Assembly (NCBI GenBank): GCA_964415085.1
Contig: CAYPYI010000001.1
Span: 35,757-99,756, forward strand
Source: an uncultured Tissierellaceae bacterium
Lineage (GTDB): Bacteria; Bacillota; Clostridia; Tissierellales; Tissierellaceae
Length of the DNA stretch: 64,000 nt
Reading direction: 5' to 3'
In this document: one piece after another, positions 19,840-29,922 of the stretch
Layout: each line of letters opens with the position of its first letter
Numbering within the stretch: the first letter of the stretch is position 1
Program-made: the position numbers and the translations under genes
Notes under the pieces: model-generated
Seen by the model: the letters and a program-made list of their open reading frames with translations, nothing else
Told to the model about the DNA's origin: nothing
Databases searched by the model: none

Positions 19840-21954
19840 TTACACTTCCTTATCTTTTTCCTTAACTATATTTTGAATTTGGTTAATACTTTCTTTATTA
19901 CTATCAACCTCTATCTTTTTATTATCATCTTTGTCATCTGGATAAGATATCCTATCATGGTATATACCTTTTAATATGTTTACAAATGATTCTTGTATTA
20001 AATGTATATCCCTATTAGTAAGATCACATTCATCCATTTGGCCTGCATCTATTTTGCCTTTTATAACTTTTTTAGTCATATCTTCAATTTTTTCTACAGT
20101 TGGGTCATTTATACTTCTTACAGCTGCTTCAACTGAATCAGCCATCATTAGTATAGCTGTTTCTTTAGATTGTGGTTTTTGACCCTTATAGGTAAAGTCC
20201 ATTATATCAACATTAGGATCCTCTTTTTTCGCTTCATAATAAAAATAAGCAACATTTGTAGTTCCATGATGTTCTGTTGTAAATCTTAATATTTCTTCTG
20301 GTAACTTGTATCTTCTGGCCATCTTTTCACCATCTACAGTATGATTTAGGATTATTTGTGCACTTTCATAAGGTGTCAGTTTGTCATGAGGATTATCCAT
20401 TCCAAATTGATTTTCTTTAAAGTAATATGGCCTTACCATCTTACCTATATCATGATAATATGCACCTACTCTTGTTAATAGCGGATTAGCTCCAACAACT
20501 TCTGCAGCAGCTTCTGCTAAGTTTCCAACAATTAAACTATGATGATAAGTTCCAGGAGCCTCTAGTAACATCTGCTTAATTAAAGGCTGATTTGGATTTG
20601 CTAATTCTGATAGTCTTACAGGAGTTAATATATTAAATATATTTTCCCATAATGGTAATGAACCTATAGTAATTACTACAGCTATAATTCCATTTGCAAA
20701 CACTTGTATGTCTCTAATAAATATATCTTTAAAAGATATATGTTTAATTAGTCCAAATGCTGTAATTACTAATACATTTGTTACCCCTATTATTAATCCA
20801 TTCATTAATAAGTTTGATCTTTCCCTTTGATCTTTAAGTCTTACAACTCCTAGACTTCCACCTAAAAACATCATAAATATTATACTTATATCTAACCTAA
20901 ATAAAAAGGCTAAAAATACTGACATAATCATATTCACAACTATAGCAAGTTGAGGCTCTACTAATACTGAAATTAGAAGTGCACCTGTTGATACTGGAAG
21001 TAAGTATGGAGAAATTCTATATATTCCACCAGATAATAGTATCACAAGAACTACTACTAGCAGTACAGCCTTATATCTACCATCATAAAAAATCTCATTA
21101 TGATAATAAAAAATATATAAATATAAAAACACAGTCGATAATAGTATTAGGATAACAATTCCTAACAATGATTTTATACCTGCTTTATCAGCATTTTTTA
21201 ACAAACCAGATTCTTTTATTAAATTCAATTTGTGCTGATCTATTACTTCACCTTTATTAACTATGATTTCATTTTCTTTTATTATAACGGGATTTACACT
21301 CTCTAAAGCTTGTTCCTTATTTCTTTCTGTTTCTGTCTCATCTAACAATTTATTTGGTTTTATCATCTTCTTCATGATTAATAGTCCAATTTCCTTTTGT
21401 TTATCATCTAGTGATAAACTGTCAAATGTAGACTTTAGATTGTCCTTTTCATATTGAATATCTTCTTCCCTTATGCCTGGACTAAGTAGCTGATTAGTTA
21501 AATCTAATAAAGTTGATTCTAAAGATTTTAACTTGTCACTATCCATCTGTAATAAATCTGATCTTGTCTGACTTGGCAGTTCTATTTCTATATTTTTTTC
21601 CAGCTCTGAATTTTTTTCTTTTAAAGTTAAATCTTCCATCTCCTGAACTTTAGATACTTGATTAAACAATATATTTATATCGCTTTTTATTGACATTTGT
21701 ACAGATGGAGAGATTCTATACTTTATAGGTACATTTTTTACTGCTTCTTTTCTTAATCTTTCCGTAGCTATATCATCTTGAATTTCGGTTATAGCTCTTA
21801 TATCTTCTTCTGCAATATCTCCTATTTTTACATTGAATTTATAATTTTCAACTCTTAAAAAAGTTATGAAAAATAAGGCCACTGCTAACAAAAACATAAG
21901 GAAAATATTAAATACATCTTTTTTTGTAAGTTTCATACTATTTTTTTTATTCAT
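19840..21954 (-). CDS. pgpH: 7TM-HD membrane phosphohydrolase (PgpH/YqfF family, c-di-AMP phosphodiesterase type)
   Basis: 704 aa: extracellular domain, seven TM helices and an HD domain (HHSLIVGNLAE...YYHDIGK). Synteny phoH-pgpH-ybeY. Confidence 0.87.
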   Translation of the reverse strand: MNKKNSMKLTKKDVFNIFLMFLLAVALFFITFLRVENYKFNVKIGDIAEEDIRAITEIQDDIATERLRKEAVKNVPIKYRISPSVQMSIKSDINILFNQVSKVQEMEDLTLKEKNSELEKNIEIELPSQTRSDLLQMDSDKLKSLESTLLDLTNQLLSPGIREEDIQYEKDNLKSTFDSLSLDDKQKEIGLLIMKKMIKPNKLLDETETERNKEQALESVNPVIIKENEIIVNKGEVIDQHKLNLIKESGLLKNADKAGIKSLLGIVILILLSTVFLYLYIFYYHNEIFYDGRYKAVLLVVVLVILLSGGIYRISPYLLPVSTGALLISVLVEPQLAIVVNMIMSVFLAFLFRLDISIIFMMFLGGSLGVVRLKDQRERSNLLMNGLIIGVTNVLVITAFGLIKHISFKDIFIRDIQVFANGIIAVVITIGSLPLWENIFNILTPVRLSELANPNQPLIKQMLLEAPGTYHHSLIVGNLAEAAAEVVGANPLLTRVGAYYHDIGKMVRPYYFKENQFGMDNPHDKLTPYESAQIILNHTVDGEKMARRYKLPEEILRFTTEHHGTTNVAYFYYEAKKEDPNVDIMDFTYKGQKPQSKETAILMMADSVEAAVRSINDPTVEKIEDMTKKVIKGKIDAGQMDECDLTNRDIHLIQESFVNILKGIYHDRISYPDDKDDNKKIEVDSNKESINQIQNIVKEKDKEV

Positions 21955-21965
21955 CTTTTCCTCCC

Positions 21966-22922
21966 TTAAGAGTCCTTATTCTCATACTTATCATATGCAA
22001 GTACAATCTTTTGAACCAAAGGATGTCTTACTATATCTTTTACACTTAATTCTTCGATTCCTATTCCTTCAATATCTTTTAATATATCTTTGGCTATTAC
22101 CAGACCTGATTTTTTGCCCTTAGGTAAGTCAATCTGAGTAATATCTCCTGTAATAATTGCTTTCGATCCAAAACCTATCCTTGTTAAGAACATTTTCATT
22201 TGTTCATCTGTAGTATTTTGAGCTTCATCTAATATTATAAAAGCATTTTCTAAAGTTCTACCTCTCATATAGGCAAGTGGAGCTACTTCAATTAATCCTA
22301 ACTCCATATATTTCATATAACTATCCCCACCTAATATATCAAATAAAGCATCATATACAGGTCTTAAATAAGGGTCTACTTTTTCTTGTAGGTCGCCTGG
22401 TAAAAAACCTAAATTCTCTCCAGCCTCTACTGCAGGCCTTGTAAGAATAATTCTTTTAACTTCTTTTTTCTTAAAAGCATCAATAGCCATTGCCATTGCA
22501 AGATATGTTTTTCCAGTACCTGCTGGTCCTACACCAAAAACAATATCATTTTGTCTTATACTATCAATATATCTTTTTTGACCTAATGTCCTTGGCTTTA
22601 TTGTTTTACCTGTGTGAGTAGTACAAATTATATCATTTAATAATAATTTCATATCAGTTTGTTCATTCGTCTTTACCAAATTTATTGCATATAAAAGATC
22701 ATGCTTATCTATAGATTTTTGTATTTTCATTATATCCATCAAATTATAAATTAAATTTTCAGCCACATGTGTATCTTTTCCTTTTATTTTGATTACACCA
22801 TCTCTTATATATATCTTTACATCTAAGTTTGATTCTATTATTTTTAAATTTTCGTCCAAATTTCCTAATATTCCTCTAACAATATAATTTTCTTCTATTT
22901 CTATAACTTTTTCATTATCCAA
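21966..22922 (-). CDS. phoH: PhoH-family ATPase
   Basis: Walker A GPAGTGKT. Start set at the TTG at 22922 (LDNEKVIEIE) behind SD GGAGG, giving ~318 aa; the track's ATG at 23009 has no SD. Confidence 0.9.
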   Translation of the reverse strand: MDNEKVIEIEENYIVRGILGNLDENLKIIESNLDVKIYIRDGVIKIKGKDTHVAENLIYNLMDIMKIQKSIDKHDLLYAINLVKTNEQTDMKLLLNDIICTTHTGKTIKPRTLGQKRYIDSIRQNDIVFGVGPAGTGKTYLAMAMAIDAFKKKEVKRIILTRPAVEAGENLGFLPGDLQEKVDPYLRPVYDALFDILGGDSYMKYMELGLIEVAPLAYMRGRTLENAFIILDEAQNTTDEQMKMFLTRIGFGSKAIITGDITQIDLPKGKKSGLVIAKDILKDIEGIGIEELSVKDIVRHPLVQKIVLAYDKYENKDS

Positions 22923-23048
22923 ATAGCATCCTCCTAATATATTATTAATAATCTCAATAATACCACATATACCCATATTTTTCCATATTTGACACCGATA
23001 TGTAAACAATATAAAAGCTGTTTTAAAGTAAAAAAGCTATAGCATATG

Positions 23049-23603
23049 CTATAGCTTAAAATAATCCTTTGATGGTGGCTCTTTTAAAACTTCTGAAAAA
23101 ATCAAACCCTTTAGAATATCTTCTTTTAATAAATCTTGTTTATTTAATATGGGTTCATTTTTATCTAAGTCATCACCTTCATTTTCATCTTCATCCTTAT
23201 AATAATCAATAAGAACTTGTTTATTTTTTTCTTGCTTATCTTTTTCTTCTTGAAACTTTACTTTATCTATTTTATGTTGTTTTAAATAGTCTTCTTCTGA
23301 TTCAACACTATCTAAATTTTTCATATTACTTTTTAATTCTTCTTTTTCTTCAGCATCTAATCCTTCAATATATTCTGTAAATTCCTTAGTATAAGATTTT
23401 ATTGAATCTTGAAAGTTGTTAAAATCTATTCCAAATATTTTATGACTAGTTGATTGCTTTTTATTATCTCTAGTTATTGGTGTATCATTGGATTTTTTTG
23501 TGTTCCCATCATCTTTTTTCTTGCTTTTATTAATCAAAGATACAACTATAGAAACTAGAATAATAATATTTGGTAAAAACTCAAAAAAGTTATCTGCTCT
23601 CAT
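23049..23603 (-). CDS. Hypothetical membrane-anchored, highly charged (K/E/D-rich) protein
   Basis: 184 aa with one N-terminal TM helix (LPNIIILVSIVVSLI) followed by low-complexity charged sequence. SD AAGGTGTGG. Tightly packed between floA and phoH. Confidence 0.55.
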   Translation of the reverse strand: MRADNFFEFLPNIIILVSIVVSLINKSKKKDDGNTKKSNDTPITRDNKKQSTSHKIFGIDFNNFQDSIKSYTKEFTEYIEGLDAEEKEELKSNMKNLDSVESEEDYLKQHKIDKVKFQEEKDKQEKNKQVLIDYYKDEDENEGDDLDKNEPILNKQDLLKEDILKGLIFSEVLKEPPSKDYFKL

Positions 23604-23616
23604 TTTTTACCACACC

Positions 23617-24603
23617 TTATTTGTTTTCTTTTTTAGTATCTTCTCCAAGTCTTGATATGGATTCTCTCATGTCAGTATCTGCCAATAAGTTTTTCATATT
23701 ATAGTAATCTAATGCTCCTAAATTTCCTTCTCTTAAAGCTGCTGCTAATGCTAAAGGAACTTCTGCTTCAGCTTCTACAACTTTAGCCTTCATAGCTTGA
23801 ACTTCTGCTTTCATTTCTTGTTCTTTTGCTACAGCCATAGCTCTTCTTTCCTCTGCTCTTGCCTCTGCTATATTTTTATCTGCTTGGGCTTGATCTTTTT
23901 GAAGTCTAGCTCCTATGTTTCTTCCTATGTCAACATCAGCTATATCTATAGATAATATTTCAAATGCTGTACCTGAATCTAACCCCTTAGATAAAACTGT
24001 TTTTGATATACTATCTGGGTTTTCAAGTACATCTTTGTGACTATTTGCACTACCTACCGTAGTAACTATACCCTCACCAACACGAGCGATTATAGTTTCT
24101 TCTCCTGCACCACCTACCAGACGCTCTATATTAGCTCTTACTGTTACTCTTGCCTTAGCTATAACCTCTATACCATCTTTTGATACTGCTGCTATTAGAG
24201 GTGTCTCTATAACCTTAGGGTTAACACTTACTTGAACAGCTTCTAATACATTTCTACCTGCTAAATCTATCGCTGCTGCTTGAGTAAACTCAAGTTCTAT
24301 ATTTGCTCTTTGTGCTGCTATCAAAGCATCAACAAGTGTATTTATATTACCTCCTGCTAAATAATGTGCTTCTAGTTCATCAACTTTTAAATCAAGGCCA
24401 GCTTTTGTTGCTTTTATCATAGGTTGAACTATTCTATTTGGTGCTACTCTTCTAAGTCTCATTCCCATTAATGTTGCAAAATTAACTTTTACCCCTGAGA
24501 AAAATGCTGTAATCCATAATCCTACTGGTATAAATGTGAAAAATAATATTAAAAATATTATTATTAAAGTTGCTATAGCAACTGTTAATATTGATCCTGA
24601 CAT
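23617..24603 (-). CDS. floA: Flotillin-like protein FloA (YqfA family)
   Basis: N-terminal TM plus a conserved YqfA-type sequence with an A/E-rich coiled coil. Start set at the ATG at 24603 behind AGGAGG, 2 nt after the nfeD stop. Confidence 0.87.
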   Translation of the reverse strand: MSGSILTVAIATLIIIFLILFFTFIPVGLWITAFFSGVKVNFATLMGMRLRRVAPNRIVQPMIKATKAGLDLKVDELEAHYLAGGNINTLVDALIAAQRANIELEFTQAAAIDLAGRNVLEAVQVSVNPKVIETPLIAAVSKDGIEVIAKARVTVRANIERLVGGAGEETIIARVGEGIVTTVGSANSHKDVLENPDSISKTVLSKGLDSGTAFEILSIDIADVDIGRNIGARLQKDQAQADKNIAEARAEERRAMAVAKEQEMKAEVQAMKAKVVEAEAEVPLALAAALREGNLGALDYYNMKNLLADTDMRESISRLGEDTKKENK

Positions 24604-24604
24604 A

Positions 24605-25900
24605 TTACATCCTCCTAACAAATATTTTATTTCCTTCTATTTTTGATACTACTACTTTAGAACCTTCCTGTATAAATCCTTCTTCAGATAAAGCATCATA
24701 TCTTTGTCCCTCAATTTCAATAAATCCTGTAGGTCTAAGGATAGATACTGATTTACCTATGGATCCTAGTAGTTCTTCTTTACTAATTTTCTTCTCGTTA
24801 TGTTCATTATTTGTAACATCTGATTTCAAAATAATATTATCTAAAATTTTACTTTTAAACCCTAATTTTATTAACAATATTGTTATTATTGTTGTTACAA
24901 TTATTGCTATACTTATTGATATAGCCGCTACTCCTAATGACTCAACAGCCATTATTATACCTGTAAAAACTAATATTAATCCACTAATACCAGGTAAACC
25001 AAATCCTGGGACTATAGCTTCTACTATTAGTAAAATAAACCCTGTGATAAATAATATTAAAGAAGTCCAATTTGAATGTCCAGCTAAAATGTTACCTCCG
25101 AAATACAAACCAAACCCTATTATACTTATTGTTCCACCCAAACCAAATCCTGGACTAAATATTTCTATTACCATACCTACAAATGCAATAGTTAAAAACA
25201 AACTATTAATATATGGATTTGAAATATATTTAGCTAGTTTTACCTGATAATTTTCTTCTATCACTACAATACTTTCATAATCAACTTCTAACTTATTTAA
25301 TATTTCCTCATAGTCACTCGCTACAACATCTGCTATTTCAAGTTCAATAGCTTCTTGAGATGTCAAGTTAAGTAGTTTACCTTTAACTATAACACCCGGT
25401 ACAAAAATATCCTTTTCCGCCATAGATTCTATTATAAGGGGATTTCTTCCTCTATGTTGAGCTGTGTCTCTTAAAACCGCTCTCCACATTGACATTACTT
25501 TTTCTGTATTTGGAATAGTTTCAGCAGAGCCTATTGTTGCATTTTGGGCAACCGCAATATCTTCAGAAGCTATCGTTAATAATACTCCAGCAGACTCTGC
25601 CTTATTATTAACATATGATATAGTTTTTATATCTGTAGATATAATGGCATCCTTAATATCTATAGCTTTATCAATAAGTCCACCATAAGTATTAACATCA
25701 AATATAATACATCCTACATCATCTCTATTGTTTAGTTTGTTAATTTGCTCTATTACAAAGTTTTTAGTAGCTCCATTAATTTCTCCATGGATAGGAATTA
25801 CGTAAACTTTATCATTAGATTTATTTTCCTTTGCAAAAACTAAACTATTAGTAAATAAAAGCATAACAATCAAAAAAACAATTATACTTTTCTTCTTCAT
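24605..25900 (-). CDS. NfeD-family membrane-bound ClpP-class serine protease (YqeZ type)
   Basis: 431 aa: signal/TM, ClpP-like protease domain, a block of TM helices and a C-terminal NfeD OB domain. Classical nfeD-floA pair. Confidence 0.85.
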   Translation of the reverse strand: MKKKSIIVFLIVMLLFTNSLVFAKENKSNDKVYVIPIHGEINGATKNFVIEQINKLNNRDDVGCIIFDVNTYGGLIDKAIDIKDAIISTDIKTISYVNNKAESAGVLLTIASEDIAVAQNATIGSAETIPNTEKVMSMWRAVLRDTAQHRGRNPLIIESMAEKDIFVPGVIVKGKLLNLTSQEAIELEIADVVASDYEEILNKLEVDYESIVVIEENYQVKLAKYISNPYINSLFLTIAFVGMVIEIFSPGFGLGGTISIIGFGLYFGGNILAGHSNWTSLILFITGFILLIVEAIVPGFGLPGISGLILVFTGIIMAVESLGVAAISISIAIIVTTIITILLIKLGFKSKILDNIILKSDVTNNEHNEKKISKEELLGSIGKSVSILRPTGFIEIEGQRYDALSEEGFIQEGSKVVVSKIEGNKIFVRRM

Positions 25901-25959
25901 ATTCTCACCTCCCGGGAGTCTTTAATCTAATAATATATTAAAATGATAAAAATAACAAT

Positions 25960-25982
25960 AAAAAAAGCCTAGTTACCTAGGC
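25960..25982 (-). terminator. Intrinsic terminator downstream of rpsU
   Basis: The minus sense reads GCCTAG-GTAA-CTAGGC followed by T7. Confidence 0.6.
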
Positions 25983-26090
25983 CAAATTTCTATTCTTCCA
26001 ATTATTATAAACTTATTAATCAATCTATATTATTTTAGTCTCTTTAGTATTATGAAGTTTTTTTCATAAGTTTCCATAAAGGGAAATCAA

Positions 26091-26273
26091 TTAATAATAA
26101 CGTTTTTTGTTCTTTTTAGCAGCCTCTATTTTTTTCTTTTTTACTTCGCTAGGCTTTTCATAGTACTCTCTTTTTCTTGCTTCAGCTACAACTCCAGAAC
26201 GACTACATTGTCTTTTAAATCTTCTAAGAGCATCATCAAGAGATTCGTTTTTACCTATTTTAATTTCTGACAT
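26091..26273 (-). CDS. rpsU: 30S ribosomal protein S21
   Basis: [28 protein letters not shown]..., 60 aa. Start set at the ATG at 26273; the track's upstream TTG extension contains the SD (GGGGGGAGGGTG). Confidence 0.95.
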   Translation of the reverse strand: MSEIKIGKNESLDDALRRFKRQCSRSGVVAEARKREYYEKPSEVKKKKIEAAKKNKKRYY

Positions 26274-26384
26274 ATAATTCACCCTCCCCCCATACAAACA
26301 ATCCTAAAATAATATATCTTCTAGACTGATACTTAACCATTATACAATATTCTAATTTTAATTTCAATCAAATTATTTTACTTT

Positions 26385-26726
26385 TTAGCCCGGTGGCCAT
26401 TGAAGCTTTCTTCCGCCCAGTAGATGGAAATGAATATGATCTACAGTTTGCCCTCCATCTTCTTTGCAATTATTAACAATTCTGTACCCATTTGATAAGT
26501 CTTTTTCTCTTGCAATGTTATTTGCAGCTAAAAATATTTCACCAATTATATCCTTATTTTCATCATTTATATCGTCTACTGACTCTATATGCTTTTTAGG
26601 AATTATTAAAATATGAACAGGTGCTTGAGGATTTAAATCTTCAAATGCAAGAATGTCCTCATTCTCATATATAATATTACTTTGTATTTCTTTATTTGCT
26701 ATTTTACAAAATATGCAATCTGACAA
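26385..26726 (-). CDS. HIT-family (histidine triad) nucleotide hydrolase
   Basis: 113 aa with the HIHFHLLGG histidine triad and an N-terminal CIFCKI. TTG start behind AGGGGGTGA. Confidence 0.9.
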   Translation of the reverse strand: MSDCIFCKIANKEIQSNIIYENEDILAFEDLNPQAPVHILIIPKKHIESVDDINDENKDIIGEIFLAANNIAREKDLSNGYRIVNNCKEDGGQTVDHIHFHLLGGRKLQWPPG

Positions 26727-26737
26727 AATTTCACCCC

Positions 26738-28027
26738 CTATATTTCTGATATAAGTCTATCTTCATCACATTTTATAACTTTTACTTCTTTAATATCTCC
26801 TTCTTTTGCAAGACTAGGATCTACTGCTACTCTTAAATAGTTTGTAGAGTATCCCTCTAGATAATCATCTATAATTTCTTCAAATAAAACATTTAATATT
26901 TTATCTTTCTGTTCTTTCATAAATTCAAATTGTAAATGATCTTGAAGCTCTATTAAAGTACTACTTCTCTCATTTTTTATATTCCCATCAATTTGTCCAG
27001 TCATTTTTGCTGCTATTGTTCCTTCTCTAGGAGAATATTTAAATACATGAATTTTAGAAAATTTAACTTTTTTTACAAATTCTAATGTTTCTTCAAATTC
27101 CTCATCAGTTTCTTGTGGAAAACCAACAATTATATCTGTAGTAATTCCAGCATTAGGCATATATTTTCTAATTAATTTAACTTTTTCATAATATTCATTA
27201 GATGTGTATTTTCTATTCATTCTTTCTAATACACTATCTGAGCCACTTTGCAAGGATAGATGAAAATGATCACATACTTTATTCGTATTTACTATCCTCT
27301 CCATAAACTCATCTGTAATAATACTCTGCTCTATAGATGATAGTCTAATTCTTTTTATTCCATCTATTTTAGCTATATTCTCAATAAGAGTAGCTAAATC
27401 CATATTATTAAGATCTTTTCCATACGATGCTACATGTATTCCAGTTAGTACTACTTCTTTAAAGCCTTTATCAGATAGTTCCTTTATCTCTTCTACTATA
27501 TCATATGCATCTCTACTTCTAATTCTTCCTCTTGCATAAGGAATTATACAATATGAACAAAATTGATTACATCCATCCTGCACTTTTATATATGCTCTAG
27601 TCATAGATTCCATACCCGTAACGTTAATTTCTTCAAATTCTTTGTATTCATTTGAATCTTTAACTATATTTATTTGCATCTTTTTATCTTTGGCTTCTTC
27701 GCATAAAGAGACTATTTGATTTCTTTTATTTGTTCCTATTATTACATCTACACCATCAATTTCAGCAACCTCATCTGGTGAAACCTGAGAATAACATCCT
27801 ACTACTGCTACTACTGCATTAGCATTTAGTCTTTTTGCTTTTCTTATAAACTGACGTGATTTACTTGCTGATAAATTTGTTACTGTACACGTATTTATTA
27901 CATATATATCTGCTATATCATCTTCTTTTACTATTTCATAACCACTCGTTTTAAATAGTTCTTCCATAGCTTCAGTTTCATACTTATTAACTTTACATCC
28001 CAAAGTATGAAATGCTACTTTTTTCAT
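26738..28027 (-). CDS. mtaB: tRNA methylthiotransferase (MtaB/YqeV-type radical SAM)
   Basis: UPF0004 N-domain (HTLGCKVN), radical SAM CNQFCSYC and a C-terminal TRAM-like domain. yqeV position next to rsmE. Confidence 0.85.
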   Translation of the reverse strand: MKKVAFHTLGCKVNKYETEAMEELFKTSGYEIVKEDDIADIYVINTCTVTNLSASKSRQFIRKAKRLNANAVVAVVGCYSQVSPDEVAEIDGVDVIIGTNKRNQIVSLCEEAKDKKMQINIVKDSNEYKEFEEINVTGMESMTRAYIKVQDGCNQFCSYCIIPYARGRIRSRDAYDIVEEIKELSDKGFKEVVLTGIHVASYGKDLNNMDLATLIENIAKIDGIKRIRLSSIEQSIITDEFMERIVNTNKVCDHFHLSLQSGSDSVLERMNRKYTSNEYYEKVKLIRKYMPNAGITTDIIVGFPQETDEEFEETLEFVKKVKFSKIHVFKYSPREGTIAAKMTGQIDGNIKNERSSTLIELQDHLQFEFMKEQKDKILNVLFEEIIDDYLEGYSTNYLRVAVDPSLAKEGDIKEVKVIKCDEDRLISEI

Positions 28028-28770
28028 TATATCACTCCCATATCTTCTAACTCATAAAGTATTATCGTAGAAGCTACAAGTCCTGCTGTCTCTGTTCTAA
28101 ATATTCTATTACTTAAAGATAGTGTCAATCCTCCGATTTCCTTTAACCTATTAATTTCTTCACTGCTAAATCCACCCTCAGGTCCAATAATGATATTTAC
28201 ATCTTTCCCATCTACCTTTTTTAATACATCTTTTATTTTATTGTCACCTTCAGATTCATAAGGTATTAAGATATTTTCACTTTCTTTTAACATCTTTACC
28301 ATTTCATTAAAACTAATAATATCTTTAAATTCTGGAATATGATCTCTTTTACACTGCTTACTTGCTTCTTCTGAGATTTTATTATATCTTTTTAATTTTG
28401 AATCTATCCATTTTCTATCTTTTGCTTTTACAACGGACCTTTCCATTTGTACTCCATAAAAACTTTTTATACCTATTTCTGTTCCTTTTTGAGTGATAAA
28501 ATCCATTTTATCTCCCTTTGCTAAACCTTGAAATAAAGTTATATTAATTTTTGGCTCATTATTTCCACTAGATTTTTCATATATTTTAAGCGTTACTTTT
28601 TCGTCATCTATATTATTTATTTTAGTAAAATAATTTATTTCTTCGCATGAAGCTATAATTTCATCTTCTAAGGATAATCTTAATACATCTACTATATGTT
28701 TTCTATCTTGCCCATATATAAATATAATATCATTTATAATATTCTCTTTATCAACAAAAAATTTCCTCAT
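28027..28770 (-). CDS. rsmE: 16S rRNA (uracil1498-N3)-methyltransferase
   Basis: 247 aa of the RsmE/YqeU family (C-terminal GPEGGFS...RILRTETA-like: GPEGGFSSEE...RIFRTETAG). Confidence 0.9.
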   Translation of the reverse strand: MRKFFVDKENIINDIIFIYGQDRKHIVDVLRLSLEDEIIASCEEINYFTKINNIDDEKVTLKIYEKSSGNNEPKINITLFQGLAKGDKMDFITQKGTEIGIKSFYGVQMERSVVKAKDRKWIDSKLKRYNKISEEASKQCKRDHIPEFKDIISFNEMVKMLKESENILIPYESEGDNKIKDVLKKVDGKDVNIIIGPEGGFSSEEINRLKEIGGLTLSLSNRIFRTETAGLVASTIILYELEDMGVI

Positions 28771-28779
28771 ATCTTCTCC

Positions 28780-29721
28780 TTACTTTCTAGCTATAATACA
28801 AGCCCATTCATTCATTTCTCTAATTTCCAGAATTTCAAAACCTGCTTTTTCTAAAGCATTAACTACTAAATCTATTTTACTTAAAATAATTCCTGATCCA
28901 ATAAATAAGCCATCTATTTTAAGAAAATCCTTTAAATCATTACTCATCTCAACAATAATTTCTGCAATTATATTTGCTACTATAAGATCTGCTTTATCTT
29001 CTACTACATCTAGAAGATTTCCATGTATAATCTGAACATCTTCTGTCTCATTATTTATTTTTACATTTTCTTTCGATACTTCAACTGCTAAAGGAACTAA
29101 ATCAACTCCTACAACTTTTTTTGCACCTAATTTTGAAGCAGCTATTGATAAAATTCCACTTCCACATCCTATATCATAAACTAAGTTATCTGAATCTATA
29201 AACTCCTCTAATGCTTCAAGACACATAAACGTTGTTTCATGGTCTCCTGTACCAAAAGCCATTCCCGGGTCTAATTCAATTATTATATCTTTAGGTTTTT
29301 CTTCATAATCTTCCCAACTTGGCTTTATAACTAGATTTTGTCCAACTCTCATTGGCTTGTATCCTTTTTTCCATGTCTCAGACCAATCTCTATCTTCTAT
29401 ATAGTTAAACTCTACCTCTCCATATTTTACTCCTTTTTCCATGTATGGAATCTGCTCAACTTTTTCTAGTACAATATTTTTTATTCTATCAATATCTTCT
29501 GTTTCTGAGAAATAGGCTTTTATTACTATTTTATCCATATCAAGATTTAATAACTTTTCATCTATGAAATCCCACTCTGTCGAGTCTTGTGTATCTGTCA
29601 TATCTACAACATCCTGAGGATCTTCAATATTAAGACCATCTGCACCAATTGTATATAATATTCCCGAAACAATCTCTTCATTCTCAGGCGTTGTTGAAAT
29701 ACTAACCTCTAACCACTTCAT
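28780..29721 (-). CDS. prmA: Ribosomal protein L11 methyltransferase
   Basis: MKWLEVSIST...; SAM motif DIGCGSGIL. Start set at the ATG at 29721 with SD AAGGAAGTG. Confidence 0.9.
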   Translation of the reverse strand: MKWLEVSISTTPENEEIVSGILYTIGADGLNIEDPQDVVDMTDTQDSTEWDFIDEKLLNLDMDKIVIKAYFSETEDIDRIKNIVLEKVEQIPYMEKGVKYGEVEFNYIEDRDWSETWKKGYKPMRVGQNLVIKPSWEDYEEKPKDIIIELDPGMAFGTGDHETTFMCLEALEEFIDSDNLVYDIGCGSGILSIAASKLGAKKVVGVDLVPLAVEVSKENVKINNETEDVQIIHGNLLDVVEDKADLIVANIIAEIIVEMSNDLKDFLKIDGLFIGSGIILSKIDLVVNALEKAGFEILEIREMNEWACIIARK

Positions 29722-29787
29722 ACTAACACTTCCTTTTCTATTGTATATTACCATATTTAAAAAATTATTACCATTTCAAGTTAACAA

Positions 29788-29823
29788 ATATTTAGTGAAC
29801 ACATCAATGTGTTCACTAAATAT
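29788..29823 (-). terminator. Second hairpin downstream of dnaJ
   Basis: Perfect inverted repeat ATATTTAGTGAACACA-TCAA-TGTGTTCACTAAATAT. Confidence 0.55.
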
Positions 29824-29877
29824 TCTTTTATGTATATTTTTATTTTACCATATTTAGATAAGTTTTATTATATAAAA

Positions 29878-29914
29878 ATTAAGATATAAATATATTATAT
29901 ATTTATATCTTAAT
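29878..29914 (-). terminator. AT-rich perfect palindrome immediately after the dnaJ stop (probable terminator)
   Basis: 17-nt arms ATTAAGATATAAATATA / TATATTTATATCTTAAT around TTA. TTTT follows in the minus sense. Only one G:C pair per arm. Confidence 0.5.
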
Positions 29915-29922
29915 AATACTAA

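Noticed and set aside
22923-23009. 29-aa N-terminal extension of phoH
   Set aside because: It has no SD and is Cys/Ile-rich with non-PhoH sequence. The TTG at 22922 follows GGAGG.
24591-25247. 218-aa plus-strand ORF antisense to nfeD
   Set aside because: It lies entirely inside the well-supported NfeD gene. The sequence is low-complexity (I/L/P/N/S-rich), has no SD and shows no recognisable motif. Long antisense ORFs like this are expected opposite TM-rich coding sequence.
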